Positions 22,071 to 31,928 are shown, numbered from the stretch's first letter. The stretch: DNA of 64,000 bases from an uncultured Actinomycetes bacterium (GCA_963790845.1 CAWBQC010000007.1:46893-110892), one strand, 5' to 3'. Notes: generated by a model not told the origin, from the letters alone. A program made the numbers and translations.

Positions 22071-23079
22071 CCGAGCTTCTCGAACGCCTCGTCCAGCTCG
22101 GCGTCGGTGATCGTCAGCGGCGGCGTCGCCTGGATGAGGGAGCCGTCGCCGGCCGGGACGACGAGGACGCCGCGCGCGAGCGCTTCCTCCGCGTCACCTG
22201 CGCGCGCCCGAAGCAGCCCGCGGCCCCACCAGCCGGCCCGCTCGAAGCGCTCGCCCACCGCTCGCACGCGCTCCAGCAGCTTCGGCACCTCGTCGAGCAC
22301 GACGAGCGCCGCCGCGCACGCGAGCGGGTTCCCGGTGTGCGTGTGCGTGTAGACGTCCTCGGGCCCCAGCTGCCACACGTTCTCGAGACCATCCCGGTAG
22401 AAGAGTGCGGCAGACAGCGGCAGTCCGCCACCCGAGCGCTTTGCCGACGCAGAGCACGTCCGCGACCTGCGCACCCGGCCACATCTCTCCGACCCGACCG
22501 AGCCCGGCGTAGATCGAGTCGACGACGAGCAGCGCGCCGGCCTCGTCGCATCGACGGCGCAGCGTCGCGAGGAAGTCGTCCGGCGGAACCCGCGACCCGG
22601 ACGCGTCCCTGGATCGGCTCGACGACCACGCAGGCCGAGTCCTCCGGCAACGGCCCGGGATCCTCGCCGTACGGCCGCCGGTGCACCGGGCCGGGGAGCC
22701 ATGGCGCAAACGGCTCGCGGAACTGCTCGAACCCGGTCGCGGCGAGCGCGAGGAGCCCGGTGCCGTGGTAGGCGCCGTCGAAGGCGACGATCCCCGGCCG
22801 CCCCGTCGCGAGAAGCGCCGTGCGGAGCGCGATCTCGACCGCGTCCTCCCCCGTCACGCCGAGCTTCGCCGGCCGCGGGAGCGCCTCCCGCAGCCGCACC
22901 GTGACCTCGGCGTCGGCGAGATCCCCGAGCGCGTGCACGACCTCCTGCTCGCGCCATGCCTCGAGGATGCGCGGGTTGCGGTGCCCGAGCGCGGCGACGC
23001 CGAAGCCGCCGGTGAGATCGAGCAGCTCGCGCCCGTCCGCGAGCGTGACGCGGCAGCCCTCGGCGCGTGCCCAGATCAC
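22067..23079 (-). pseudogene. class-III (PLP) aminotransferase, frameshifted as assembled
   Basis: The GTG at 23079 overlaps the PRODH stop (GTGA). VIWARAEGCRVTLADGRELLDLTGGFGVAALGHRNPRI...GEDAVEIALRTA...IVAFDGAYHGTG...ACVVVEPIQG / FLATLRRRCDEAGALLVVDSIYAGLGRVGEMW / LCVGKALGGGLPLSAALF...HTHTGNPLACAAALVVL...LTITDAELDEAFEKLG*. At least 3 frame changes. The N-terminus is unusually short. Confidence 0.75.
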
Positions 23080-23992
23080 CGCGAGAGGCCGAGCATTCGC
23101 CCTGCCGTCGCGCGCGCGATCGTCCCCGCCATGGCCGGGTTCTCCTGCAGCCGGCGCAGCGAGTAGCTGTACCACTGCTCGCCGAACGGGACGTAGACGC
23201 GCAGCCGGTGTCCTTCCGCGACGAGCTCGTCGCGCCTGTCCTCGCGCACGCCGAGCAGCATCTGCAGCTCGTACTCGGCGACTCGAGCCCGCGCTGCGAG
23301 ATCCGCGCAAGCGACTCCCGATCAGCCACTCGTCGTGCGTCGCGACGCCGACGTAGCAGCCCGCGTCGAACAGCGCGTCGAGGCAGCGCAGGAAGTTCGC
23401 GCGCACCGCCTCGGCGTCGGTGAACGCGATCGACGCCGGCTCGAGGTAGATGCCCTTGCAGAGCCGAACGCTCGGCCGCAGGTCGGCGAGCGCGTGGACG
23501 TCGTCGAGCGTCCGGCGCAGGCGCGCCTGCAGGACGACGCCGAGGTTGTCGTGCCCGCCCTCGCGCAGCTCGCGGTAGAGCCGCAGCGTGTCGTCGGTCG
23601 TCGACGAGTCCTCCATGTCGATCCGGACGAAGTTGCCGTCGCCGGCCGCGGTGCGCACGACGTCGAGGAGGTTCTCGCGGCAGAGGTCGTACGAGAGCTC
23701 GAGCCCGAGCGCCGTGAGCTTGACGCTGACGTTCGAGTCGAGCTCGGCCTCGTGAATCGCCGCGAAGACGTCGCGGTACGCCTGCGCGATCGTCGCGCGT
23801 CTCCTCCTCGCGGGTGATCTCCTCGCCGAGGACGTCGACCGTCGCCAGCTTCCCGCCCGCGTTGAGCGCGCGGACGCAGTCGACAGCCTCGGCGAGCGTC
23901 GCGCCGGCGATGTAGCGCGAGGAGAAGAGCTGCACGACCGGCTTCGGCACCGCCGGCAGGAGGCGAACGAGCGCTGAGTCGAGCAGCGACAC
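23076..23992 (-). pseudogene. proline dehydrogenase, frameshifted as assembled
   Basis: From the GTG at 23992 (or the ATG at 24052): VSLLDSALVRLLPAVPKPVVQLFSSRYIAGATLAEAVDCVRALNAGGKLATVDVLGEEI / YRDVFAAIHEAELDSNVSVKLTALGL...NFVRIDMEDSSTTDDTLRLY...VLQARLRRTLDD...VRLCKGIY...VATHDEWLI / EYELQMLLGVREDRRDELVAEGHRLRVYVPFGEQWYSYSLRRLQENP. The track ORF 22067..24337 (756 aa) is a composite. Confidence 0.75.
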
Positions 23993-24035
23993 GGGCGCGG
24001 CGATTCTACGCAGCGACGGGCCGCGCGCCCGGCGC

Positions 24036-24337
24036 CTAGGGGTCTCGCGCATGAAGCCCTGGCGCGCGGCGCTGACGAGCGCCACCGCCTCGGGGAAGAG
24101 GACGCGCATCGCGTCGCGGAGCGCGACCGCCTGCTCGTCGACGCCGCCCTGCGGCTGCACCTGCTGCAGCGCCGCCGCGGTCAGCTCGACCGCGGTGTTG
24201 AGCGTCAGCGTCGCGAACTGCTCGCGCTGCGCCTCCTGGACGCTCTCGGCCTGCTGCTCGGCGAACTCGCGCAAGCCGCGCATCAGGTCCTCCGGGTCGC
24301 CCCCGAACGGGAATCCGAATCCTCCGCTTCCTTCCAT
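24036..24337 (-). CDS. small acidic hypothetical protein
   Basis: From the ATG at 24337: MEGSGGFGFPFGGDPEDLMRGLREFAEQQAESVQEAQREQFATLTLNTAVELTAAALQQV.... It has no in-frame stop before PRODH, so the 3' end is uncertain. No family recognised. Confidence 0.3.
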
Positions 24338-24365
24338 GCGGCAAGGGTAGCCGCGTGCCGCGCGA

Positions 24366-24920
24366 CTACGTCAGCGGAAGCTTGTGGTTGCGCTCGACGT
24401 CGGCCGCCAGCTCCTCGACGGAGCCGGCCGCGGCCTGCATCGCCGTGGCGAAGGGAGAAGCGCCGCGTCGTCGCCGAGCGCCTGCTCGAGCCGGCGCGCG
24501 GCGGAACCGATTGCGTCGAGGTACGCGCCGCTCGCGACCCGCGGCTCCGGCAGCAAGCGTCTCGGCGAGCGCCGCGGCCGCTCCCTCGGCCTCCTCGATC
24601 CCGACCGGGTCGTCGGTCTCGCGGATCTCCGCGAGCCGGGCCCGAAGCTCCGGCAGGTCGCCCGCCTCCGGCGGACTCCTCCGCCACCTCGCAGAGCCCG
24701 GCGAGCGAGGCGGCTTCCCGCACGAGACGCGCGTCGCGTGAGCGGTTGCGCCTCCAGCGTCGAGCGCGAGCCAGGCGCGACCTCCCGCCGACTCGAAGGC
24801 ACAGAGATAGACGCGCCTGCCGAGCGTCTCCGCGACGAGCACGCCGGCGAGCTCTTCGCCCGGCGCCGCGAAGGCCGCGGCGGCGCCTGCGATCCGCTCA
24901 ACGTCCTCGGCGACCGTCAT
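24366..24920 (-). pseudogene. hypothetical protein, frameshifted as assembled
   Basis: From the ATG at 24920: MTVAEDVERIAGAAAAFAAPGEELAGVLVAETLGRRVYLCAFESAGGRAWLALDAGG / REAASLAGLCEVAEESAGGG / DLPELRARLAEIRETDDPVGIEEAEG / GAYLDAIGSAARRLEQALGDD / SPFATAMQAAAGSVEELAADVERNHKLPLT*. No family recognised. Confidence 0.35.
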
Positions 24921-24937
24921 CCGGCCAGAATAGGGCC

Positions 24938-25650
24938 GTGGAAGCCGCCCGCGACACGCCACGCGCGCGAGCTGTTCGCGCCGCTCGGCCCGACCTACGA
25001 CCGCTACGCGCGCCTGCTCTCGTTCGGCCAGGACCCGCGCTGGCGGTCATTTCTCGTCTCACGGATCCCGCCCGACGCGCGCGCAGTGCTCGACGTCGCG
25101 ACCGGCACCGCGGCCGTCGCGATCGAGCTCGCGAGTGCAGAGCCCGCCCGCTCGGTGGTCGGGATCGACCAGAGCCCCGAGATGCTCGCGGCGGGACGCG
25201 AGCGCGTCGTGCAGGCCGGCCTCGGCGAGCGGATCGAGCTGCGCGAGGGACGCGCGGAGGCGCTGCCGTTCGCCGACGGAGAGTTCGACGCGCTCACCTT
25301 CACGTATCTCCTGCGCTACGTCGACGACTACCGCGCGACGCTGCGCGAGCTCGCCCGCGTCGTGCGCCCCGGCGGGACGGTCGCGATGCTCGAGTTCGGC
25401 CTCCCGCGCGGGACGTGGCGGCCGCTGTGGGAGCTCTACGTGCGGGTGGGCCTGCCCGCGCGCGGGCGCCGTCGTCTCACCCGGCTGGCGCGAAGTCGGA
25501 GGCTTCCTCGGCCCGAGCATCCGCGGCTTCTGGCGCGACTGGCCGGAGCCGCGACTCCTCGACGCCTGGCGCGAGGCGGGTCTCGCCGACGTCCACGCGC
25601 GCCGGCTGAGCCTCGGCGGCGGCATCGTCGTCTGGGGACGGCGCGTGTGA
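24938..25650 (+). pseudogene. UbiE/MenG-type class I SAM-dependent methyltransferase, two frame changes
   Basis: From the GTG at 24938: VEAARDTPRA / ELFAPLGPTYDRYARLLSFGQDPRWRSFLVSRI...VLDVATGTAAVAIEL...VVGIDQSPEMLAAG...ALPFADGEFDALTFTYLLRYV...VVRPGGTVAMLEF / VVSPGWREVGGFLGPSIRGFW...LSLGGGIVVWGRRV*. Confidence 0.7.
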
Positions 25651-25707
25651 CGCGGCGCGGCGCGGCCGGCGTTCTACGCGCTGCGCTCCGGCGGCTGGCG
25701 CGACTAC

Positions 25708-26379
25708 GTGACGCTCCTCCACCCGCCGTACACGCTCTGGCATCTCTCGTACGTCGCGGTCGGCGCGGCGCTCGCGCCGCGGATGGACTGGCCGCTCCTC
25801 GGCTGGACGACGCTCGCCTTCGCGCTCGCCATGGGCGTCGGCGCGCACGCTCTCGACGAGCTGAAAGGACGACCGCTCCAGACGCGCATCCCCCGGACGA
25901 TCCTGGCGACGCTCGCCGCGCTCTCGATCGCGGGCGCCGCCGCGATCGGCATTGCCGTGGCGGTCTCGCGCACGCTGTGGCTGCTCGTCTTCGTCGCCGT
26001 GGGGGCCTTCCTCGTCGTCGCGTACAACCTCGAGCTGTTCGGCGGCACGTTCCACGGAGGGCTCTGGTTCCCGGCCGCCTGGGGAGCCTTCCCGGTGCTC
26101 ACGGCGTACTTCGCCTCGGCGCGGACGCTGCACGGCGCGGCATTCGCGGCGGCGGGGTATGCGTTCGCCTCGAGCTGGGTTCAACGTCGCCTGTCGACCC
26201 CGGTGCGGCTCGTCCGCCGCCGCGTGGTCGCCGTCGAAGGGAGGATGGATCTCGACGACGGAACGAGCGTGCCGCTCGACGCGGACGCGCTCGCGGCGGA
26301 GCCCGAGGCGGCGCTCAAGGCGCTCGTCGTGGCCACCGTGCTCGTCGCCGTCGCCCTGCTCCTGCTTCGCGCGGGCTAG
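25708..26379 (+). CDS. polytopic integral membrane protein (hypothetical)
   Basis: ORF 25708..26379 with about 6 hydrophobic spans: ...LAFALAMGVGAHALDELKGRPL.... The N-terminus probably extends to the GTG at 25647 (GTGA overlap with the methyltransferase stop) through one frame change: VTRRGAA / PAFYALRSGGWRDYVTLLHPPY. Confidence 0.55.
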   Translation: MTLLHPPYTLWHLSYVAVGAALAPRMDWPLLGWTTLAFALAMGVGAHALDELKGRPLQTRIPRTILATLAALSIAGAAAIGIAVAVSRTLWLLVFVAVGAFLVVAYNLELFGGTFHGGLWFPAAWGAFPVLTAYFASARTLHGAAFAAAGYAFASSWVQRRLSTPVRLVRRRVVAVEGRMDLDDGTSVPLDADALAAEPEAALKALVVATVLVAVALLLLRAG

Positions 26380-26394
26380 CTCTACACTCAGGCG

Positions 26395-27726
26395 ATGGCG
26401 CTGACGACCATCGCCGACCTCATCTTCGCCGGCGGCATCGTGCTCGCTGCGCTGGCGCTCGCCGGCGCAGCGCTGCAGCGAATGCCGAGCTCGCTGCTCG
26501 CCGTTGCCACCGCTCTCGAAGCGGCGGGAGCGATCGGGATCTGGGTCGCGTTTGCGCTGCGCCACGACCGGCCGCTCGCCGTGGCCGCGGGCGGGCTCAC
26601 GGCTTGCGCGCTCGTCGCCGGGGCGGCGATCCTCCTGCGCCGCGCACTGCGGCGGGTCGGTGCGATGGACGCGCGTCTTGCCGAGGCCGAAACGGACCTC
26701 CTCGCCGCAGTCGAGCAGGAGAAGAACGCACTCGCGGCGGAGCTCGAGCTCACTCTCGCACGCGCTCGCGCCGATTCGCGCTCTCTCCTCGAGGAGCAGG
26801 AGCGTCAGATCGCCGAGGAGCGGCGGGCCCTCGTCGCCGAGCGGGAACACGACGCAACGACGACTCTCGGCGAGAAGCTGAACACGGTTCAGGCACAGAT
26901 GGAGCACCGGCTCGCGGAGTGGTCGCAGGATCTCGATCGCACCACCGAGGTGACCAAGATGCGGATCGGGGAGCTCGAGCAACGGCAGCAGCAGCTCTTG
27001 CGGGAGATCGAGCTCCGGCTCACAGCCGACGCCGAACGACTCTCGGCCGAGAGCGAAGAGCAGCGGGCGGGAGTGGCGCGGCTTCGCGCCGAGCTGACGC
27101 GCACGCTCGACGACGCACTCGGCGCCGTGCGGAACGAGCTCGAGGTGCACGCCGCCGAGCGCCGCCGGGCGCTCCACGATCTCGAGACCCGCCTCGCGCG
27201 CCGGGAACGCGAGCTGACGGAGCAGGCACAGCGGGAAGAGGCCGATGCGGCGCAACGGATTCGCGGCGGCTTCGAGGACATCTCTCGGCGCCAGATCGAG
27301 CAGCTCGAGCGCGCCGTCGACCGAGCGGTCGCATCGCACGCGGACGAGGCGGCGCAACGGTTCGCGCAACTCGTCAAGACCTCACGAGAGGACGCGGCGA
27401 AGCGCCTCGCGCGCGAGCTGGACCGGGCCGTGAGCGCCTTCGCCCGGGAAGCCGAGACGGTGCTTGCCGAACGGCTCGCGCACGTCGGGGACGCCGGCGC
27501 GCAGAGGATCGAGCATCGGGTTTCGAACGTCGCGGGTGACCTCGAGCGCCGGCATGACGAGCTTGCGGCGGCGCACGACCAACGGCTCGGCGAGCTGGAG
27601 TCAGAGATGCGGCGGCGAATCGACGAGCTCCGCGCCGATCTGGACGCCGAGCGCGGCGTGCTCGAAGCCCGCCTGCAGGAGCTCGTGCGGCGGTTCGCCG
27701 CGACCGCAGACGCGCGCAGCTCCTAG
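26395..27726 (+). CDS. membrane-anchored long coiled-coil protein (hypothetical)
   Basis: Intact 443 aa. The first ~85 aa form three hydrophobic helices. The remaining ~350 aa are Glu/Arg/Ala/Leu-rich heptad-like sequence (…LEEQERQIAEERRALVAERE…LETRLARRERELTEQAQREEADAAQR…). Confidence 0.7.
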   Translation: MALTTIADLIFAGGIVLAALALAGAALQRMPSSLLAVATALEAAGAIGIWVAFALRHDRPLAVAAGGLTACALVAGAAILLRRALRRVGAMDARLAEAETDLLAAVEQEKNALAAELELTLARARADSRSLLEEQERQIAEERRALVAEREHDATTTLGEKLNTVQAQMEHRLAEWSQDLDRTTEVTKMRIGELEQRQQQLLREIELRLTADAERLSAESEEQRAGVARLRAELTRTLDDALGAVRNELEVHAAERRRALHDLETRLARRERELTEQAQREEADAAQRIRGGFEDISRRQIEQLERAVDRAVASHADEAAQRFAQLVKTSREDAAKRLARELDRAVSAFAREAETVLAERLAHVGDAGAQRIEHRVSNVAGDLERRHDELAAAHDQRLGELESEMRRRIDELRADLDAERGVLEARLQELVRRFAATADARSS

Positions 27727-27798
27727 CAAACCCTTTACAGGAGCGCTCTAACAAAGGCCGGGGAGGGTTCGTCGGTAGCAGCACGAACTGTTGCGGCC

Positions 27799-28005
27799 AT
27801 GAGCGAGACGACGACTCAGATCCTCGAACCACTCTTCGACGAGCGCTCGAAAGTGGAGAGCTGGCGCCTCCACATCCTGATCGAAGCCGGCTATCCGCTC
27901 TCGCTCGCCGAGCGGCTCGCGGTGAGCGAAGCCGACCTGCACGTCGCGTGCGAGATGCTCGGCCAGGGCTGCGCGCCCGAGACCGCCGCCGAGATTCTTC
28001 TGTAA
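27799..28005 (+). CDS. small hypothetical protein (68 aa)
   Basis: Intact ORF with genome-typical codon bias: MSETTTQILEPLFDERSKVESWRLHILIEAGYPLSLAERLAVSEADLHVACEMLGQGCAPETAAEILL. Sits immediately upstream of xseA. Confidence 0.45.
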   Translation: MSETTTQILEPLFDERSKVESWRLHILIEAGYPLSLAERLAVSEADLHVACEMLGQGCAPETAAEILL

Positions 28006-28029
28006 CACCCCGGCCAGTACGCTGCGACC

Positions 28030-29256
28030 GTGGCCAAGGTCGAGGCGCTGCCGTACGACGACCGGACCGTCTACTCCGTCGCCGCGTTCAACCGCGGAGT
28101 CGGACAGTGGCTCGGACGCCTCCCCACCGTGTGGGTCGAAGGCGAAGTGACGGAGCTCCGCCGGCACGAGCGCTGGGCGACGGTCTTCTTCACGCTCAAG
28201 GACCCGGCGGACGGATCGTGCGTCGGCGTCACGATCGGACGCGGGAAGTTCGACGCGCTCCGGCTCGACCTCGCGGACGGAGAACGCGTGCACGTGTTCG
28301 GGCGGCCGGAGCTCTACGAGCAGCGCGCCGACTTCAAGCTCCGTGCGCTCACGATCGAGCGGTTCGGCGCCGGCGCCCACCTCGCTGCCCTCGAGCGTCT
28401 GAAGGCGAGCCTCGCCGCGGAGGGGCTCTTCGCCGAGGCTCGCAAGCGGCCTCTCCCGTTCCTGCCCCGGAGGATCGGGGTCGTGACCGGCAACGACGCG
28501 GCAGCGAAGCGCGACGTCGTGACCACGATCCGCTCCCGCTTTCCGGCGGCGTCCGTCCTCGTCGCGGAGACTTATGTGCAAGGTCCGCGTGCGGCAGCCG
28601 AGATCGTCGCGGCGATCAGCACCCTCTGCGAGCAGCCCGACGTCGACGTTCTCATCCTGACCCGCGGAGGCGGGAGCTTCGAGGATCTCCTCCCCTTCAG
28701 CGACGAGCGCGTCGTGCGTGCCGTTGCCGGCTGCCCGGTGCCCGTCGTCTCGGCTGTGGGGCACGAGCAGGACACGCCGCTCTGCGATCTCGCCGCCGAC
28801 GTTCGTGCCTCGACCCCGACGGCGGCCGGGAAGATCGTCGTCCCCGAGCTGACTGAGTTGTGCGGCAGGCTCGACCGCACCCGCGAGGCGCTTGCGCGCA
28901 ACGTCCAGCGCTCACTCGAGCGGGATCGGCAGCGGCTCATCCGCTCCGCCGAGCGGCTCAGGGCCGGCCCACGGGCCGTCGTCCAGCGAGAGAGCCTCCG
29001 TCTCGAGCGCACTCGCGAACGGCTACGGCTTGCGCCAGCGCTTGCGGTCGAGCGAAAGCGGGCGGTGCTCGAGAAGAGCGCCGCCACGCTCGTTGCGTTG
29101 TCACCTGTGCAAACACTCAGACGAGGGTACGCAATCGTTCGGACGGAATCCGGCGGCCTCGTCGGGTCGGCGAGCGACGTCTCCGCGGGCGCGCGCGTGG
29201 ACGTCACGCTCGCCGACGGCGGATTCGGCGCCCGCGTCGAGGACGTGACCCCGTGA
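28030..29256 (+). CDS. xseA: exodeoxyribonuclease VII large subunit
   Basis: Intact 408 aa. OB-fold N-terminus (VWVEGEVTELRRHERWATVFFTLKD), RIGVVTGNDAAAKRDV, ILTRGGGSFEDLLPF, SAVGHEQDTPLCDLAADVRASTPTAA. Confidence 0.9.
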   Translation: MAKVEALPYDDRTVYSVAAFNRGVGQWLGRLPTVWVEGEVTELRRHERWATVFFTLKDPADGSCVGVTIGRGKFDALRLDLADGERVHVFGRPELYEQRADFKLRALTIERFGAGAHLAALERLKASLAAEGLFAEARKRPLPFLPRRIGVVTGNDAAAKRDVVTTIRSRFPAASVLVAETYVQGPRAAAEIVAAISTLCEQPDVDVLILTRGGGSFEDLLPFSDERVVRAVAGCPVPVVSAVGHEQDTPLCDLAADVRASTPTAAGKIVVPELTELCGRLDRTREALARNVQRSLERDRQRLIRSAERLRAGPRAVVQRESLRLERTRERLRLAPALAVERKRAVLEKSAATLVALSPVQTLRRGYAIVRTESGGLVGSASDVSAGARVDVTLADGGFGARVEDVTP

Positions 29257-29498
29257 CGGAGCAAGCGGAGCCGTCCTTCGAGCAAGCGCAGACCGAGCTC
29301 GAGCAGATCGTCGAGCGGCTCGAGCGCGGCCAGGCGCCGCTCGACGAGGCGCTCAAGCTGTGGGAGCGGGGCGAAGAGCTCTACGCCTTCTGCCGAACGA
29401 AGCTCGACGCCGCGGAGGGGCGGGTCGAAGAGCTCGCGCGCCGCGCGGAACAGTCACGACCCCCGGCTGCGCCCGAGACGGAACCGGGCGCCGACTAG
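29253..29498 (+). CDS. xseB: exodeoxyribonuclease VII small subunit
   Basis: The GTG at 29253 overlaps the xseA stop (GTGA). VTEQAEPSFEQAQTELEQIVERLERGQAPLDEALKLWERGEELYAFCRTKLDAAEGRVEEL... (tail of track ORF 28860..29498). Confidence 0.85.
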   Translation: MTEQAEPSFEQAQTELEQIVERLERGQAPLDEALKLWERGEELYAFCRTKLDAAEGRVEELARRAEQSRPPAAPETEPGAD

Positions 29499-30593
29499 CG
29501 CACGGCCGCGCCCTCGGCCCGGCGGCGCACGTCCTCCCCGACCTCGCTCCTCCGGAAGCTCGGCCTGGTTCGCCGAGGGCATCACGCGGAGCATCGCGAA
29601 CGACAGCCCCTCGCGCGCGAGGAAGAGGAGGCCGACGCCGATGCCGACGGACGCCTCGATCGCCTGCAGCCCGAACCCGTAGGCGACGCCGACGCTGTAC
29701 GACACGCCGTAGCCGGCGAGTGCAGACGCGATCGCAACCTGAAGAAGACCGACGTTGCCCGGCCAGAACGGAAAGATCGTCACAACGTTCATCACCAGCA
29801 GGACGACACCCGCTGCCGGTAGCGGCGAGTGAATGCCAAAGGCGCGCATCGCCGTGTAGACGGCAAAGATCTGGCATGTCCAGCCGCAGATCTGAAAGAA
29901 GATGGCGCCTGCGCTCCCAACGGGCGAGCGCATGACTCCGAGCCCGGCTCGACCCATCGTCAGCAGCCGGCGAACCGGGCCGAGCCCTTCGAGCGAGATC
30001 AGCGTGTGCCGGCGGGCGGTGAGAAACGCGAAGACGAACAGTCCGACTCCCACGCCGATCAAGGCGAGCAGGCTCGCGCGGGCGAACGAGTTCGGGATGC
30101 TCGCCGTGAGGACGACGTAGAGGATCAGCAGGAGAACCGGCACGATGTCGAAGACGCGGTGCGCGAAGACGGTCCCCACGAGCGTCGCCCACGTCCCCTT
30201 TCGCCTAGGGAGCTTTCGGGTCAGCACCGCGACGCGCGCGAGCTCGCCGATCCGGCCGGGCAGAACGGCGTTCGCGAACAGGCCGACGGAGAAGGCCGAG
30301 AACACGAGCGGCGCGCGCGGGTGCGGCGGCTCCATCGCCGAATGAATGACCCTCGTCCAGGCGAACGCCCTCGCGACGACGGAGAGGAGATTGAGCGCAA
30401 TCGCCACGACGACCCATTCCCAGCGCACCGCTCTGAACGCGCTGCCGATGGACGCAAGGCTGTCGTGCCTCCACCAGAGCACGCCGGCGATCGCCGCGAG
30501 AAAGAGAAGCCCCAACACCACCCGCACCGCGCGGTTGAGCGGTAGGTGCAACATCCGATTCGGCTCGTGCGACGACTCGTTCGCGGGCGCCAT
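29454..30593 (-). CDS. flippase-like / lysylphosphatidylglycerol-synthase TM-region (UPF0104) family membrane protein
   Basis: ORF 29454..30731. Plausible starts are the ATG at 30593 (MAPANESS...) or the ATG at 30554 (MLHLPLNRAV...). ...AFSVGLFANAVLPGRIGELARV... with 8 or more hydrophobic spans. The Arg/Gly-rich tail overlaps xseB convergently, so the 3' end may be shorter. Confidence 0.65.
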   Translation of the reverse strand: MAPANESSHEPNRMLHLPLNRAVRVVLGLLFLAAIAGVLWWRHDSLASIGSAFRAVRWEWVVVAIALNLLSVVARAFAWTRVIHSAMEPPHPRAPLVFSAFSVGLFANAVLPGRIGELARVAVLTRKLPRRKGTWATLVGTVFAHRVFDIVPVLLLILYVVLTASIPNSFARASLLALIGVGVGLFVFAFLTARRHTLISLEGLGPVRRLLTMGRAGLGVMRSPVGSAGAIFFQICGWTCQIFAVYTAMRAFGIHSPLPAAGVVLLVMNVVTIFPFWPGNVGLLQVAIASALAGYGVSYSVGVAYGFGLQAIEASVGIGVGLLFLAREGLSFAMLRVMPSANQAELPEERGRGGRAPPGRGRGRALVGARFRLGRSRGS

Positions 30594-30617
30594 CGGGCCA
30601 TTATCGTCGGCGGCCCG

Positions 30618-31919
30618 GTGCGTCTTCGTTCCCCTCACGATCGCGAGATCGTCCGTCTCGCGCTGCCGGCTCTCGGCGCGCTTGCGGCCGAGCCGCTGTA
30701 CGTCCTCGCCGACACCGCGATCGTCGGCCACCTCGGGCGGCCCCAGATCGCGGCGCTCGGCCTCGCCGGGACGGTGCTCGCCGGCTCCTTCACGATCTTC
30801 AACTTCTTCACCTACGGGACGACGGCTGTCGTCGCACGGGCGTCGGGTGCGGGCCGCCAGGAGGAAGCTGCCCGCCTAGCCGCTCAGGCGCTGTGGGCGT
30901 CGCTCGGCCTCGGGTTCGCCCTGCTGATCGCGTGCGAGATCGTTGCGGCACCACTGCTGCACGGACTTGGCGGCCACGGTCGCTCCGGCCACTACGCGCT
31001 CGTCTACTTCCGGATCGCGGCGGCCGGACTGCCCGCCGCGCTCGTCGCTCTCGCGGGTCAGGGATACCTGCGTGGTGTCTCGAATCTCCGCAGGCCGCTC
31101 GAGATCGTCGTCGCGGCCAATGCCGCCAACATCGTGCTCGAGCTGCTCTTCGTCTACGGCTTCCACTGGGGGATCGCCGGGTCGGCTGCGGGGACGGCCA
31201 TCGCCCAGGCCGGGATGGGGATCGCGTTCGTCGTCGAGCTTCTCCGCCCTCATGCGCCGTCGCGACGGCCGAGCCTCCGCGAGATGAGGCCGCTCTTCCG
31301 GGTCGGGAGGCAGATCTTCGTCCGCACAGCCGCGCTCTACGCGTCGTTCCTCGTCGCCGCCTCCGTGCTGGCGCGCATGGGCGACGCGCAGATCGGCGCG
31401 CACCAGATCGCGTACCAGCTCTTCACCTTCCTGGCGCTTCTGCTCGACGCGATCGCCATCGCGGGCCAGGTGATCGTCGGCCGGATGCTCGGAGCCGGCG
31501 ACGCGGACGGCGCACACGCGGCAGCCGTGCGAATGATCGGGTGGTCGGTTGTGGTCGGGCTCGTCTTTGCCGTGGTCCTTGCGCCGCTCTGGTACGCCCT
31601 GCCGCGCGCGTTCACGAGCGATCCGGCGGTGCTCCACCAGGCAGCGCTCCTCTGGCCGTTCCTCGCGGCGATGCAGCCGCTCGGCGCCGCGGTCTTTGCA
31701 CTGGACGGGATCCTCATCGGCGCGGGCGACACGCGCTACTTGATGTGGTCGATGCTCGCGGCAAGCGGTCTCTTCATCACACTCGCGGCGCTCGCGCTCT
31801 CCTTCGATTGGGGAGTCGTCGGCGTCTGGGCGGCGCTCGACGTCCTCATCGCGGCGCGCCTCGCGCTGCTCGGCCCGCGCTTCGCACGCCGCCGCTGGGC
31901 GGTCGTCGGCTGGGAGTAA
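30618..31919 (+). CDS. MATE-family efflux transporter (DinF-like)
   Basis: ORF 30546..31919. I prefer the GTG at 30618 (VRLRSPHDREIVRLALPALGALAAEPLYVLADTAIVGHLG...). 12-TM architecture, ...GAHQIAYQLFTFLALLLDAIAIAGQ.... Confidence 0.85.
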   Translation: MRLRSPHDREIVRLALPALGALAAEPLYVLADTAIVGHLGRPQIAALGLAGTVLAGSFTIFNFFTYGTTAVVARASGAGRQEEAARLAAQALWASLGLGFALLIACEIVAAPLLHGLGGHGRSGHYALVYFRIAAAGLPAALVALAGQGYLRGVSNLRRPLEIVVAANAANIVLELLFVYGFHWGIAGSAAGTAIAQAGMGIAFVVELLRPHAPSRRPSLREMRPLFRVGRQIFVRTAALYASFLVAASVLARMGDAQIGAHQIAYQLFTFLALLLDAIAIAGQVIVGRMLGAGDADGAHAAAVRMIGWSVVVGLVFAVVLAPLWYALPRAFTSDPAVLHQAALLWPFLAAMQPLGAAVFALDGILIGAGDTRYLMWSMLAASGLFITLAALALSFDWGVVGVWAALDVLIAARLALLGPRFARRRWAVVGWE

Positions 31920-31928
31920 GATTCGTCG

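Noticed and set aside
22067-24337. 756-aa ORF that could be read as one multidomain protein
   Set aside because: It is a chimera of three genes (small acidic protein, PRODH N-terminus, aminotransferase C-terminus) joined because the stops lie in other frames. The middle part is nonsense, while the true PRODH and aminotransferase segments are in ORFs 22114..23658, 23076..23261 and 22194..22709.
24384-27539. 1051-aa + strand ORF, the longest in the track
   Set aside because: It is extremely Arg/Ala/Gly/Pro-rich with no recognisable domain. Parts of it are simply the correct frame of the UbiE-like gene, and the rest overlaps out of frame with the membrane and coiled-coil genes, which have clear protein-like sequence. 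This is a typical stop-poor alternative frame of ~70% GC DNA.
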